Assembly (NCBI RefSeq): GCF_001194135.2
Contig: NC_068994.1
Coordinates: 41,855,805 to 41,919,804, forward strand
DNA: 64,000 bases
Direction: 5' to 3'
Source: Octopus bimaculoides
Taxonomy: Eukaryota
Shown here: positions 37,091 to 50,395 of the stretch, piece by piece
Layout: the number at the start of each line of letters is the position of its first letter
Numbering within the stretch: position 1 is the stretch's first letter
The notes under the pieces: model-generated
Databases searched by the model: none
Told to the model about the DNA's origin: nothing
Seen by the model: the letters and a program-made list of their open reading frames with translations, nothing else
Program-made: the position numbers and the translations under genes

Positions 37091-37892
37091 TGTATATNNN
37101 NNNNNNNNNNNNNNNNNNNNNNNNNNNNNNNNNNNNNNNNNNNNNNNNNNNNNNNNNNNNNNNNNNNNNNNNNNNNNNNNNNNNNNNNNNNNNNNNNNNN
37201 NNNNNNNNNNNNNNNNNNNNNNNNNNNNNNNNNNNNNNNNNNNNNNNNNNNNNNNNNNNNNNNNNNNNNNNNNNNNNNNNNNNNNNNNNNNNNNNNNNNN
37301 NNNNNNNNNNNNNNNNNNNNNNNNNNNNNNNNNNNNNNNNNNNNNNNNNNNNNNNNNNNNNNNNNNNNNNNNNNNNNNNNNNNNNNNNNNNNNNNNNNNN
37401 NNNNNNNNNNNNNNNNNNNNNNNNNNNNNNNNNNNNNNNNNNNNNNNNNNNNNNNNNNNNNNNNNNNNNNNNNNNNNNNNNNNNNNNNNNNNNNNNNNNN
37501 NNNNNNNNNNNNNNNNNNNNNNNNNNNNNNNNNNNNNNNNNNNNNNNNNNNNNNNNNNNNNNNNNNNNNNNNNNNNNNNNNNNNNNNNNNNNNNNNNNNN
37601 NNNNNNNNNNNNNNNNNNNNNNNNNNNNNNNNNNNNNNNNNNNNNNNNNNNNNNNNNNNNNNNNNNNNNNNNNNNNNNNNNNNNNNNNNNNNNNNNNNNN
37701 NNNNNNNNNNNNNNNNNNNNNNNNNNNNNNNNNNNNNNNNNNNNNNNNNNNNNNNNNNNNNNNNNNNNNNNNNNNNNNNNNNNNNNNNNNNNNNNNNNNN
37801 NNNNNNNNNNNNNNNNNNNNNNNNNNNNNNNNNNNNNNNNNNNNNNNNNNNNNNNNNNNNNNNNNNNNNNNNNNNNNNNNNNNNNNNNNNNN

Positions 37893-37929
<37 letters not shown>

Positions 37930-38218
37930 CATATGTATGCATATGTGTGTACATGTATATATGTACAGATATGTATGTATATATATGAAGAAACACATGC
38001 AAAGTGTGCATGCATAAATATGTTGTAAAAATATTACAATAAACATCACAACAAAACAATCTCTTGAGGTAAGTTATGAGAATGATTTTGCTTGCATCAA
38101 GTTTAAGTTGTCCCGAATATTCTCACAAGAACCAAAAAAAGGTAATGTAAATTGTGTATTTGAAACAACTGTTAGTGCATGTGTCACATGCAAGGAACAT
38201 AAAGATAAGTAGTTTCCT

Positions 38219-38346
38219 TAACATATTATTTCATAATATTAACATATTATTTCACATATTATTAACATATTATTTCATAATATTAACATATTATTTCACA
38301 TATTATTAACATATTATTTCATATTAACATATTATTTCAAAATATA
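38219..38346. repeat. taacatattatttca-core minisatellite (21/23-bp alternating units)
   Basis: Six core copies, 44-bp dimer repeated twice. Confidence 0.9.
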
Positions 38347-38956
38347 TTCAAGCAACAGATATTTCAAGGGAAACATGTTCAAATTACAAGTTGAATGATT
38401 GGAAACATGTAACACAGAGTACTGAAGTTATGAGCTTTTCCGTTGTAAAGTATAAAAGAATATTCCTTGCTTGTATATTGAATTCTGCAATTTATCACTC
38501 TTAGTGAATCACAGCAATTTTATATATATGTGGGTGTATATATACAAAGGTAGATAGCCAGATAGACAGGTAGATAGATAGATAAATAGATAGATAGATA
38601 TATAGATAAATAGATAGATAGATAAATACATACATACATACATACATACATACATACATACATACATACATAATCATAAAAGGGTATGAGAGGCGAATAT
38701 AGATTTATTATTTCCTTATGATTTCCATATGATTATAGCTGTTTTGTAATCCTCTCCATGCAGTATTATTAACTTCAGCGTTATAAACTATATATCAATA
38801 CACATGTTTAGCATTATATAATACAATTATATATTCACAGAGAGTTGTATAATAGAGAAAACTAACTTGTCTTATAATAGATGGTGGAATATAATGGATA
38901 CATCCTAGATACTGGATTCAACTCTTTCGCTTTCTCTCATTATCCACCTCCTTTGT

Positions 38957-38991
<35 letters not shown>

Positions 38992-38992
38992 A

Positions 38993-39058
<66 letters not shown>

Positions 39059-39098
39059 GTTACAGAGAAAGGGGAGAGAGATGGATGGATAAATAGAC

Positions 39099-39133
<35 letters not shown>

Positions 39134-39470
39134 TAGATAGATAGATAGATAGATAGATATACACATAGCACACATACATACATACATACATACATGCATA
39201 CATACATAAAATTGTGCATTGGTAAACTGAATCATGTTATATCCATCTTATAACCAAAGGATTTGTGTCTTTGACCAGATTCTATATCTAAAAGTTTTAT
39301 ACAATACTAAGGTGAGATATACTTGTCAAAAATGCCATACATGGGTTCAAGCCCACAACCATAAAGTGTCAGAGTGGGCTCCTTTCCCACATGGCCATCT
39401 TTACACTCAAATAGTTATGGTCTTATTTGGTCAAATCCATGCCCTGAAAATTTGTCGTCTTGCACTAATA

Positions 39471-39615
39471 GGCGCTGGCATGGCTGTGTGGTAAGAAGCT
39501 TGCTTCCCAACCACGTGGTTCCAGGTTTACTCTCACTGCATGGCACCTTCGGCAAGTGTCTTCTACTATAGTCTTATGACTGGATTTGGTAGACAGAAAC
39601 TGAAACAAGTCTGTC

Positions 39616-39675
<60 letters not shown>
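39471..39675 (+). mobile_element. SINE family A, 5' half ending in (TG)n and a gap
   Basis: ggcgctggcatggctgtgtggtaagaagcttgcttcccaaccac. Confidence 0.85.
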
Positions 39676-40460
39676 NNNNNNNNNNNNNNNNNNNNNNNNN
39701 NNNNNNNNNNNNNNNNNNNNNNNNNNNNNNNNNNNNNNNNNNNNNNNNNNNNNNNNNNNNNNNNNNNNNNNNNNNNNNNNNNNNNNNNNNNNNNNNNNNN
39801 NNNNNNNNNNNNNNNNNNNNNNNNNNNNNNNNNNNNNNNNNNNNNNNNNNNNNNNNNNNNNNNNNNNNNNNNNNNNNNNNNNNNNNNNNNNNNNNNNNNN
39901 NNNNNNNNNNNNNNNNNNNNNNNNNNNNNNNNNNNNNNNNNNNNNNNNNNNNNNNNNNNNNNNNNNNNNNNNNNNNNNNNNNNNNNNNNNNNNNNNNNNN
40001 NNNNNNNNNNNNNNNNNNNNNNNNNNNNNNNNNNNNNNNNNNNNNNNNNNNNNNNNNNNNNNNNNNNNNNNNNNNNNNNNNNNNNNNNNNNNNNNNNNNN
40101 NNNNNNNNNNNNNNNNNNNNNNNNNNNNNNNNNNNNNNNNNNNNNNNNNNNNNNNNNNNNNNNNNNNNNNNNNNNNNNNNNNNNNNNNNNNNNNNNNNNN
40201 NNNNNNNNNNNNNNNNNNNNNNNNNNNNNNNNNNNNNNNNNNNNNNNNNNNNNNNNNNNNNNNNNNNNNNNNNNNNNNNNNNNNNNNNNNNNNNNNNNNN
40301 NNNNNNNNNNNNNNNNNNNNNNNNNNNNNNNNNNNNNNNNNNNNNNNNNNNNNNNNNNNNNNNNNNNNNNNNNNNNNNNNNNNNNNNNNNNNNNNNNNNN
40401 NNNNNNNNNNNNNNNNNNNNNNNNNNNNNNNNAGTTTTCAGAACATTTATAAAGAGAAGG

Positions 40461-40506
40461 TCTTACAGCTGTTTCTGGGATATTTTATATATCCCTTCAT
40501 CAGAGA
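40461..40506 (-). ncRNA. Minimal type I hammerhead ribozyme motif (canonical core)
   Basis: Minus strand tct-CTGATGA-a-gggatat(ataaa)atatccc-a-GAAAC-agct-GTA-aga; stem I only 3 bp. Confidence 0.65.
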
Positions 40507-40746
40507 TGGTGAGAGAGAATGTTTAAGTAATAGTTATTATAGAGAAGATATGAAATACAGAATGAAGTGGAGGAATGAAAGCAAATGTGAGATACATAAG
40601 GATATTATATATACACCATTCTGCAAAAAAATGGAACTGCAGATACAATATCCTTATGTATCTCACGTTTGTTTTCATTCCTCCACTTCATTCTGTATTT
40701 CATATCTTCTCTATAATAACTATTACTTAAACATTTTCTCACACCA

Positions 40747-40792
40747 ACTCTGATGAAGGGATATATAAAATATTCCGGCAACAGCTGTAAGA
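40747..40792 (+). ncRNA. Mutated hammerhead motif (GAAA to GCAA), probably inactive
   Basis: CTGATGA-agggatatataaaatattccg-GCAAC-agct-GTA-aga. Confidence 0.5.
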
Positions 40793-41410
40793 CCTTCGCT
40801 TTATAAATGTTCTGAAAACTTCACAACCTTGGATTTTTTATCTCATTCTGTTAATTTTTATATACATACAATAATGAAGGTGGCTAGACTCAATATAAAA
40901 CCAAAAAGGAAAATTTCAATTGTCATCGAGGGTGCACGTAGCACCTACAGTGGTAGATACAAGAGTCAAAGACTCTTATGTGTAAGTGTGTGTGTGTGTG
41001 TGTGTGTGTGTATTACTCAAAGAAATTCCAACTTTGTCTGATTTTAATGTTTTATTTACAATCTTATAATAATATAATATAATATAATATAATATAATAT
41101 AATATAATGAAATGATAGAATATTAAATGTCCATTGTGATTGAACCAGTACTTTCATGCATTGAACTATGCAATCTTCAGGTTCATGTAGCAGTGGTGAC
41201 AGTCATGTTTTACAATTTACAACTGTTGTGAGATGGCTAAACTGTGTGCCTTAAATACATTCATATAGTCTTCACACAATCATACACACATGTATAGCCG
41301 AAATTGCAAGGTTAATCTGGATCTCGACTGAGGAAAGAAAACTCCGAATGACCTGTCCTTGTTTTCTTTGTATCGTCTATCTGGATGTTTTGCGTTCTTG
41401 TCCCATTCTG

Positions 41411-41458
<48 letters not shown>

Positions 41459-42239
41459 TTTAAATTGTTTCAGCTTTAATGATGTGGTCATGCTAGGGCA
41501 CCACCATATATCTATATATTGTGTGTGCATGTGTATTTGCATCTGTATGTGTGTATCAAAGTATGTGTGTATATAATATATACAGCAACCCTCTTTTTTG
41601 AAAACAGGTATGGACGGATCATGTATGAGATTTCTAAAAGTCAAAATGACCTGAATATCTCAACATGATTACAGCACCATCTATAATCAAGTAGTGACAG
41701 AAACATGCAAGAATTTATTGTGATTAGGTTTTTGAAAGTGGTAAAAGGAAACTGGTTTTAAAAATGAATACCACTCAAAGAAAAATTCTGAATTCTTTCA
41801 TTTTAATTTTTGTTTCGGTTTTTGTTTTGTTTGGTGTCCTTGTTTTTTTTTTCTTTTTAGTTTTCAATTTTTATGTTACTTTTAGATTAACATAATAATA
41901 ATGAAGTCGATGGTGATGAAGGTGAGGTGGAGGATAATGAAGATGATGATGATGATGATGATGATAGTATAACAACAACAACATAACAAAATCAACAATA
42001 ATACAACCACAATAACAACAATAAAATAGCAACAACAATAACAATATGATATTGATGATAATAATGATGATAATAATGATGATAATGGTGGTGATGGTGA
42101 TGATGATGATGATGGCAAGAGATAGAAGAAGAAAAGACGAAAAAGAAGAAGAAAAAAAAAGAAGAAAGATAATGTAAATAACAATAAATATAAAAATAAA
42201 GATGAAAATTATTAGCGAAGGAAATATTTCCTGCTTTAG

Positions 42240-42304
42240 TTTGCACTGCCATTGTCTTTTTAACATGCATCGTCTTGATCTTCGTTGCACACCGATTCAA
42301 ATAA
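42240..42304 (+). CDS. Candidate terminal exon encoding a hydrophobic helix (xCTAIVFLTCIVLIFVAHRFK*)
   Basis: Acceptor atttcctgctttag, phase 1, about 17-residue hydrophobic run, stop overlapping AATAAA. Confidence 0.3.
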
Positions 42305-42696
42305 AAATTGCATTCTTCCATACTGTGTATACAAGCCACGCTTTCTGCCAGCCAAAGCATACAATTGGTGCACTTTTCACGCAGACTTGGAAGTTTTCCA
42401 GTTTCCAATCTATTGCCTCACTAAACACTAAAACNNNNNNNNNNNNNNNNNNNNNNNNNNNNNNNNNNNNNNNNNNNNNNNNNNNNNNNNNNNNNNNNNN
42501 NNNNNNNNNNNNNNNNNNNNNNNNNNNNNNNNNNNNNNNNNNNNNNNNNNNNNNNNNNNNNNNNNNNNNNNNNNNNNNNNNNNNNNNNNNNNNNNNNNNN
42601 NNNNNNNNNNNNNNNNNNNNNNNNNNNNNNNNNNNNNNNNNNNNNNNNNNNNNNNNNNNNNNNNNNNNNNNNNNNNNNNNNNNNNNNNNNNNNNNN

Positions 42697-42747
<51 letters not shown>

Positions 42748-44574
42748 AAATATACATTATATAAATATATATGTGTGCGTATTTGTATATATATATATAT
42801 TTACATATATACATATATATATGTTATATATTACATATATATATGTATATATTATATATATATATTATATATATATATGTACGTATGCCTGCATACCTAC
42901 ATATATATACACACACACGAATATATAATCACATGCACAAAAACTATATCTCTCCCTTTCTCTCTCTTTCTCTCTCTTTCTCTCCCTTTCTCTCTCTCTC
43001 TCTCTCACTTTCTCCCCCTCTCTCTTTCTCATACTATTCATCTATCTATCTATTTATCTATCCATTGATCCCTCGTTAGCCCTCTAATTTAATTTATACT
43101 TTATCTTGATATTTATTCTATATCACCTTAACATTGTTTTACTTTTATTTGATTTTTTTTTTTTTTTTTTTGCATATTTATCTCTGTCTCCCTATGATAT
43201 GTAGGAAAGAATTGTTAGGCTTAAAAAAAAAAAGTAAATATAAAATATATGAAAATACATTAAAAAATATACAACATATATGAAATATATTAATACAAAA
43301 TAAATAAAGGAACCAGCTATTTTTGTATTAATTTAGCAATGTTTCTGAGGTTGAAATCTCTATCAATAGTCCTAGTGATAAGCCATTTATATACACCTCA
43401 GGAGAATTAATTTCTCACATTTCTCTGACACTCCCTGCAGTAATATAATAAATCACATAAGCATAAATTTGCATGCTCACATACACATTTGCATTCATAT
43501 ATTCATACAAGACGTAGAAGCTCACACATACATATATATGTATCTATATTTTTAAAATCATTTATATTATATAGGCAAGAAATCGTAAAATATGAGTGTT
43601 TATATATTTACAAATGTAATATATGTGTATATATGTATAGATATGTGTGTATGTGTACATGTATATATGTATATGTATATGTATATATGTATACATATAT
43701 ATATATGTGTATATGTATATATATATATATACATACATACATATATATGTGTGTGTATGTATATATACATATGCACACACATACATACAAACATATATCA
43801 CTGTATTATGTATATATTAATTATTTCTGATAATAGGTTACAGAAAAGTCTTTCTTTTTGCTTTTATATGCTCTCTCTCTCTCTCTCTTTCTCTCTTTCT
43901 TTCTGTCACTCATGTTCCCACTCACATTTACACACACGCACTTATATACATCCATGCACACAAACATACATAGATAGCTACAAACACACATGAAATTACA
44001 CATAAACATATACAAATGCATACACATACACACAGACAGACACACTAACTGACACATACACATGCACATCCATACACACATACACACATCTGTTTTAATG
44101 ATAAGACTACAATAAAATATTTTCGATATTTGTTTTGATTTTTTTTTTGAATAGCTTTCTGGTTATTATTATTATTATTTTTTTTTTGCTTTTTATTCTC
44201 ATCATCTTATATTTCTAAAAAGTATTGTATGTTTCTACAGAGGGATTTTTATCTCAAACAGCTTTAGTAAATTGAAATAGAAGACAGCAAAGGTGAAATC
44301 ATAATAAGAGAAATTCTTATTATTATTCTTTATGCTTATTTATTTAAAGACTAAAAGCAGAGCTTAGGTAGGTAATATTGACTTTATAGTAACAGTGAAT
44401 ACTAAACTAAATGGTAAACAAGTCTGTATCGGTATTGATTTCTAATATTGGCACAATGCCAGTGCCATGCGAGACACGGCCATACTGAGCAACTACCCAA
44501 GGGACACACCTAGTGCTATTTATCTAATATATGGAGATTTAATTAGGAAATCAGATTTCTGATTAAATGTACCA

Positions 44575-44745
44575 GGCATAGTATAGGCACAGGCCTGTGT
44601 GATTAAAAAGTTTGTTTCCCAATCATATGGTTTTGGGTTCAATCACACTGCAGGGTACCTTGGGTTATGTTTTTTTTTTTTCTATACCTCTGAGTTCACT
44701 AAAGCCTTGTGTGTAGATTGGGTAGACAGAAATTGAAAGGGGACA
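44575..44745 (+). mobile_element. SINE family A, 5' half, decayed
   Basis: ggcacaggcctgtgtgattaaaaagtttg..ggttcaatcacactgc. Confidence 0.7.
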
Positions 44746-44759
44746 GTGATTCATTTATA

Positions 44760-44975
44760 TGTCACTGTACCACGCAGTCTATCAGATGTTGCTACATACC
44801 ACTGGTCACAATGCATGTTGCGTTGTTTTCGCTTTCGAGTAATACCACTCCACTGGGTAGGTGGGCGGGTCATCATCCCCCCACCCTGAACGGAATTCCA
44901 GTCAGTCACAGGGTTGCCCTTTTACGGCTGAGTCAGCCGGAGCAATATGGAAGGAAACGTTTTGCTGAAGTTGTG
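44760..44975 (-). mobile_element. Interspersed repeat fragment (SINE-like)
   Basis: GC/CpG-richer block; gggttgccctttt..gagtcagccggagcaatatg resembles SINE bodies. Confidence 0.4.
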
Positions 44976-45469
44976 AGTGAGTGTCACCCTCATACAAGTG
45001 ATATCAATAAATTCCATCTGCTTCATGCATGTTAAAGTGATGATGTTGATGACGAGGAAGAAGAGGAGAGAGTTGTTGTTGTTGTTGTTGTTGCTGTTGT
45101 TTTTGGTGGTGGTGGTGATGGTGGTGGTGGTGATGAAGGTGGAGGTGGAGGACAGAGCTGTTGTTGTGGTTGTTGTTGTTGGTGGTGGTGGTGGTGGTGA
45201 TAGTGGAGGAGGAGGAAGATGATGGTGGTGGTGGTGGTGGNNNNNNNNNNNNNNNNNNNNNNNNNNNNNNNNNNNNNNNNNNNNNNNNNNNNNNNNNNNN
45301 NNNNNNNNNNNNNNNNNNNNNNNNNNNNNNNNNNNNNNNNNNNNNNNNNNNNNNNNNNNNNNNNNNNNNNNNNNNNNNNNNNNNNNNNNNNNNNNNNNNN
45401 NNNNNNNNNNNNNNNNNNNNNNNNNNNNNNNNNNNNNNNNNNNNNNNNNNNNNNNNNNNNNNNNNNNNN

Positions 45470-45566
45470 AGAGGAGGAGGAAGAGAGGAGGAGGAAGAGA
45501 GGAGGAGGAAGAGAGGAGGAGGAAGAGAGGAGGAGGAAGAGAGGAGGAGGAAGAGAGGAGGAGGAA
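45470..45566. repeat. 14-bp tandem repeat (gaggaggaggaaga)n
   Basis: About 7 identical units after a gap. Confidence 0.95.
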
Positions 45567-46290
45567 AATGCAAGGAAATAAATATCTTTGAGAATTGACC
45601 GAGTTTTACTAGAGTACAATTATGGCTTTAACTGATATTAACTGATATTAACCTTTTAAAGAGGCAAACTTCTGAGCCACAAAGGGTTAATACAGTAGAC
45701 ACTTGTAGTCAAACAAGATGTATCATTACTAACTACACCACATATATTTAATATTGCATTGTGAGATAGTTGCTGAAGTCATAACAGTACCGAAAGACAA
45801 GCAACCTCAACTACATTATTCACCAGATTCAGTAGAGTGTATGTCCCCCATGCTAGAAAATATGCTAAAAGTAGCAAACAAAGAAATAAGATGGGGACTG
45901 AGCCAATTAAGAAGCCTCTACATGGTCACTCGACATGCTAGAAATAGCAACAATATATCTATTACATTACACAATACTATCTTAAAATAAATGCAACATC
46001 TTGTTGACCTCGGTGAGATGTGAACTCAGAGCAGATATCTTTGGAACAAATGCCTCATGGTGTTTAATGACTCAATCTCTTTGCTGCCTGTATTATGTCA
46101 TTACCAGTGTGCATAAGCTGGTTGTATGCTTATTTGTCCATGATAGAAAAGTGCTGCTTGAACAGTGTCTTTCTGTGGTATATGAGACATTTTGGCACTG
46201 TTGTGGCCCCAGATTTTTGTAGTCACTGATTTGATGCTGACTTATTTGACGTCATACGTTTTAATGTTTCTCTCATTCTCTCCTTTTCTT

Positions 46291-46325
<35 letters not shown>

Positions 46326-46814
46326 CTCTCCCTTTCTTTCTCTCTCTCTCTCTCTGTTTATGTGTGTGAGCATATTTCTCTTTATTTCCATGTGGAGAGG
46401 GAATGTGTTTATGTTAATCATGTTCAGTTAATAAAGTGTAATCTCTCTCTTTCTCTCTCTGTGTCTTTCTCTCTCTCTCTGTCTTTCTCTCTCTGTGTCT
46501 TTCTCTCTCTGTGTCTTTCTCTCTCTCTCTTTCTTTCCCTCTCTCTTCTTCTTTCTACCTGTATGTGTATATTTCTGTGCACATATGTGTGGCATGTTTG
46601 ACTCCAATGCGAAAAATTACTGCCACCAAAACCGGTTCAATGTCCAGTAAGCCTTGCCAAATCACCAGTGTTGAAGCAGCTGGTCCCAACCAACTCATCT
46701 CTGTTCCTATGGTCAGTTGGTTAACTCTGACAACTGAATTTGAACTCAGAATGCAAAGAGCCAAAACAAGCATATAACTTTAGAGATACACAACCTGGGA
46801 CTATTTAGCTTATA

Positions 46815-46851
<37 letters not shown>

Positions 46852-47221
46852 AAACTTATTAGGGAATCAAATTTTCCTTAATAAAACACAAGTAAGCAAA
46901 TCTAAAACAGACTTAGTGGCTTAAAACTGAGAATTAACAAAATTTTATTGGATTTCAATTATGTTTTCAACTGATACCATGATAAGGTTTCTCATCTGAT
47001 ATCACAAGACATTTTAGGGAATTATCTGATATTACAAGACATCTCTGGGGATTCCAGTAATTTGCTATCATGATTGCCACACTATTCATCAGTTCTAAAA
47101 GTTGACAATAATAAGGTTTAATCCTTTTGATACTAACATGCCTGAGACCACTCATATTTCTATGATACAAACTTCCTATTTTAACCCTTTAACAATCAGG
47201 TTACTATGTTACAGGTCACAT

Positions 47222-47651
47222 GGGTGCAGATATGTCTGTATGGTAAGAAACTTGCTTCCCAACCACATGGTTCTGGGTTCAGTCCCACTGCATGGCACCT
47301 TGGGCAACTGGCTTCTATTATGACTTTGGACTGATCAAAGCCTTGTGACTGGATTGGTAGATAAAAATTGAAAGAAGCCCATTGTATAAATGTATATATA
47401 TATATGTGTGTATACTTATGTATGTGTCTGTGTTTGTGCCCCCCACCCCCCTTTAACTGCTTGACAACCAGTGTTGGTGTGTTTATGCCTGCATAACTTA
47501 GCAGTTCAGCAAAAGAGATCAATAGAATAAGTACCAGGTTTAAAAAAAGAAGTCGATACATTTGACTATAAATTCTTCAAGGCAGTGACCCAGCATGGCC
47601 GCAGTCTAATGACTGAAACAAGTAAAAGATAAAAGATAAAAGATAAAAGAT
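47222..47651 (+). mobile_element. SINE family A, near full length, (GATAAAA)n tail
   Basis: Head, internal TA/TG repeat and tail all visible. Confidence 0.9.
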
Positions 47652-47654
47652 GTC

Positions 47655-48020
47655 AAATGTCATCAGCATCATCAAAAGCCAACCAGGCCAAAGCCTGCAC
47701 CAGACTTCTGTGACTGTTTGGGTGGGATTTTTACAGGTGGATGCCCTTCCTAACACCAACCACTCAGCAGAGTGGACTTAGTGCTTTTTACGTAGCACAA
47801 GCACAGGTAAGGTAGCTGGATACCCTTCCGAACACCAACCACTTTACAGTGTGGATTGGGTGCTTTTAAGTGGCACCTGTACTGACAGGGTCACCAAGTA
47901 CATGCAAGGCAAAAATCTTTAAGAGAGGAGGAGGCATTGGTGGAGGTGATGATGAAAAGGCTATAGCGAGATAGATATAGGTGTCTTGCTGTAGAGGAAG
48001 TACAATGTTACCTGGCCGGA
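47655..48020 (-). mobile_element. Family D 3' region, decayed
   Basis: caggtggatgcccttcctaacaccaaccac..gtgcttttta. Confidence 0.65.
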
Positions 48021-48103
48021 GGGAGAAAGATCAGGAATGAAGACAGAAACAGGTGTGCTACCACAAAGAAAATACATGGTTGTCCAACCTGAGGGAAGTG
48101 CAG

Positions 48104-48164
<61 letters not shown>

Positions 48165-48384
48165 AGACTGTAGGATGGAGATGGTGGCAAAATGCTGGAC
48201 ATGCTCATAAGGAACGGGGATCAGAGTATAAATAAGATGGTTGAGTAAAGGAAGAGAGAGATATAGATGGTGGCAAGTGCCAGGGCATACCCTTGAGGTT
48301 TGAATGCCATAATATAAGTGGCAGGATATTACAAAGGGAGTACGATTAAAGAATGCAAGGAAGCAACGAAAGACCTGGGTATCA

Positions 48385-48615
48385 TCATCATCATCATCAT
48401 CATCATCATCGTTTAACGTCCGCTTTCCATGCTAGCATGGGTTGGACGATTTGACTGAGGACTGGTGCAACCGAATGGCTACACCAGGCTCCAATCTAAT
48501 TTGGCAGAGTTTCTACAGCTGGATGCCCTTCCTAACACCAACCACTCAGAGAGTGTAGTGGGTGCTTTTACGTGTCACCCGCACGAAAACGGCCACGCTC
48601 GAAATGGTGTCTTTT
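48385..48615 (-). mobile_element. Family D 3' end (young), runs into a gap
   Basis: (cat)n cgtttaacgtccgctttccatgctagcatgggttggacg. Confidence 0.85.
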
Positions 48616-48937
48616 NNNNNNNNNNNNNNNNNNNNNNNNNNNNNNNNNNNNNNNNNNNNNNNNNNNNNNNNNNNNNNNNNNNNNNNNNNNNNNNNNNNNN
48701 NNNNNNNNNNNNNNNNNNNNNNNNNNNNNNNNNNNNNNNNNNNNNNNNNNNNNNNNNNNNNNNNNNNNNNNNNNNNNNNNNNNNNNNNNNNNNNNNNNNN
48801 NNNNNNNNNNNNNNNNNNNNNNNNNNNNNNNNNNNNNNNNNNNNNNNNNNNNNNNNNNNNNNNNNNNNNNNNNNNNNNNNNNNNNNNNNNNNNNNNNNNN
48901 NNNNNNNNNNNNNNNNNNNNNNNNNNNNNNNNNNNNN

Positions 48938-48996
<59 letters not shown>

Positions 48997-49277
48997 CCAC
49001 AATCCTCCAACTGTGGCAGAATGCACACTAACATGGAATAATTGCCTCCATGGTATGACTCTATGTTATAAGACATACCTCATGTTAATTATATTAATCA
49101 TACTCTTCCATGCTGGCTTACGACAAGTTGAAAGAGGGTATGAATTTTGGAGTTCTCCTTCTAGATTGCCTCCACTGCAGTTAAGGAGTTCAATCTATAT
49201 TGAAGGTATTGCTCATTTATGCACATTATTTTGATTTAATCATGTATTATCTTGTAGCTTTAAGATTTTGATGCGAT

Positions 49278-49943
49278 TACTCTCTTTTTACTCTTTTACT
49301 TGTTTCAGTCATTTGACTGTGGCCATGCTGGAGCACCACCTTTAGTCAAGCAAATTGATCCCAGGACTTATTCTTTGTAAGCCTAGTACTTATTCTATCG
49401 GTTTATTTTGCCGAACTGCTAAGTTATGAGGACGTAAACACACCAGTATCGGTTGTCAAGCGATGTTGGGGGGATAAACACAGACATACACATACATACA
49501 TACATATATATGTATATATATNNNNNNNNNNNNNNNNNNNNNNNNNNNNNNNNNNNNNNNNNNNNNNNNNNNNNNNNNNNNNNNNNNNNNNNNNNNNNNN
49601 NNNNNNNNNNNNNNNNNNNNNNNNNNNNNNNNNNNNNNNNNNNNNNNNNNNNNNNNNNNNNNNNNNNNNNNNNNNNNNNNNNNNNNNNNNNNNNNNNNNN
49701 NNNNNNNNNNNNNNNNNNNNNNNNNNNNNNNNNNNNNNNNNNNNNNNNNNNNNNATATATATATATATATATATACATATATACAACGGGCTTCTTTCAG
49801 TTTCCATCTACCAAATCCACTCACAAGGCTTTGGTCGGCCCGAGGCTATAGTAGAAAACACTTGCCCAAGGTGCCACACAGTGGGAATGAACCCAGAACC
49901 ATGTGGTTGGTAAGCAAGCTACTTACCATACACCCAATCCTGC
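49278..49943 (-). mobile_element. SINE family A, full length, internal (TA)n in gap
   Basis: Reverse complement nearly collinear with the 57073 copy. Confidence 0.9.
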
Positions 49944-50162
49944 TTATTTTTAGTGTGACACTGTAAGGTAGTTATGAGTGGCTGGATCTGGTTTGCTTGA
50001 ACATAAAACTAGAAGACTATTTGAGCCAACTATAGTCAATGTAAATGTTAAAAGGTTCAAGTGATTTGACTTAAAGCCTTCCATCCAAATTTCATGTTGA
50101 TTTATGTTTCCAACACCAGCTTAATTTTTTTTTTCTTTTTTCAGATTCTTCATTATTTAAAA

Positions 50163-50245
50163 AGTTAACCGAAACAAATGTAACAGAAACAGTTAACCGA
50201 AACAAATGTAACAGAAACAGTTAACAGAAACAGAGTAACAAAACC
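50163..50245. repeat. 28-bp perfect tandem duplication plus a partial third unit
   Basis: agttaaccgaaacaaatgtaacagaaac at 50163 and 50191. Confidence 0.95.
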
Positions 50246-50280
50246 TCTGAATGCAAAGATGTGAAATGAATGGATCTTGC

Positions 50281-50395
50281 AAGCCATTTTACCCAAAAAA
50301 TCTAATAATTCTACCAAATGACATATGTATGGTGGCCATAATATATCAAGGATAGGGTGAAGAATATAAAGAGATATGAAGAGGGCCAAGAAAAT
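50281..50395 (+). mobile_element. Possible Gypsy integrase zinc-binding-domain relic
   Basis: TYVWWP*YIKDRVKNIKRYEEGQEN resembles the R-x-YVWWP-x-I-x-KDIE..C..CQ motif. Confidence 0.35.

Larger units (their letters stand above)
40433..40820. repeat. Long inverted repeat (arms 40433-40606 and 40647-40820) of a Penelope-like terminal repeat
   Basis: Arms are reverse complements with only scattered mismatches; 40-nt spacer. Confidence 0.9.

Noticed and set aside
38069-38147. Consensus donors gag|gtaagt and aag|gtaatg
   Set aside because: No convincing acceptor or exon; such motifs are expected by chance in 64 kb
41321-41360. ctgaggaaagaaaactccgaatgacctgtc hammerhead-like string
   Set aside because: GAAA replaced by GAAT and no stem I pairing
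41992-42408. Minus-strand ORF ETGKLPSLREKCTNCMLWLAESVAC..
   Set aside because: No credible acceptor or donor, runs into low-complexity sequence, no recognisable domain
45652-45686. 35-bp TTAA-flanked mini piggyBac-like element
   Set aside because: Terminal match is only about 5 bp; could be chance
45754-46222. Protein-like short frames on both strands (e.g. YFLAWGTYTLLNLV on minus)
   Set aside because: Unrecognised, partly overlapping a repeat fragment, no consistent exon chain
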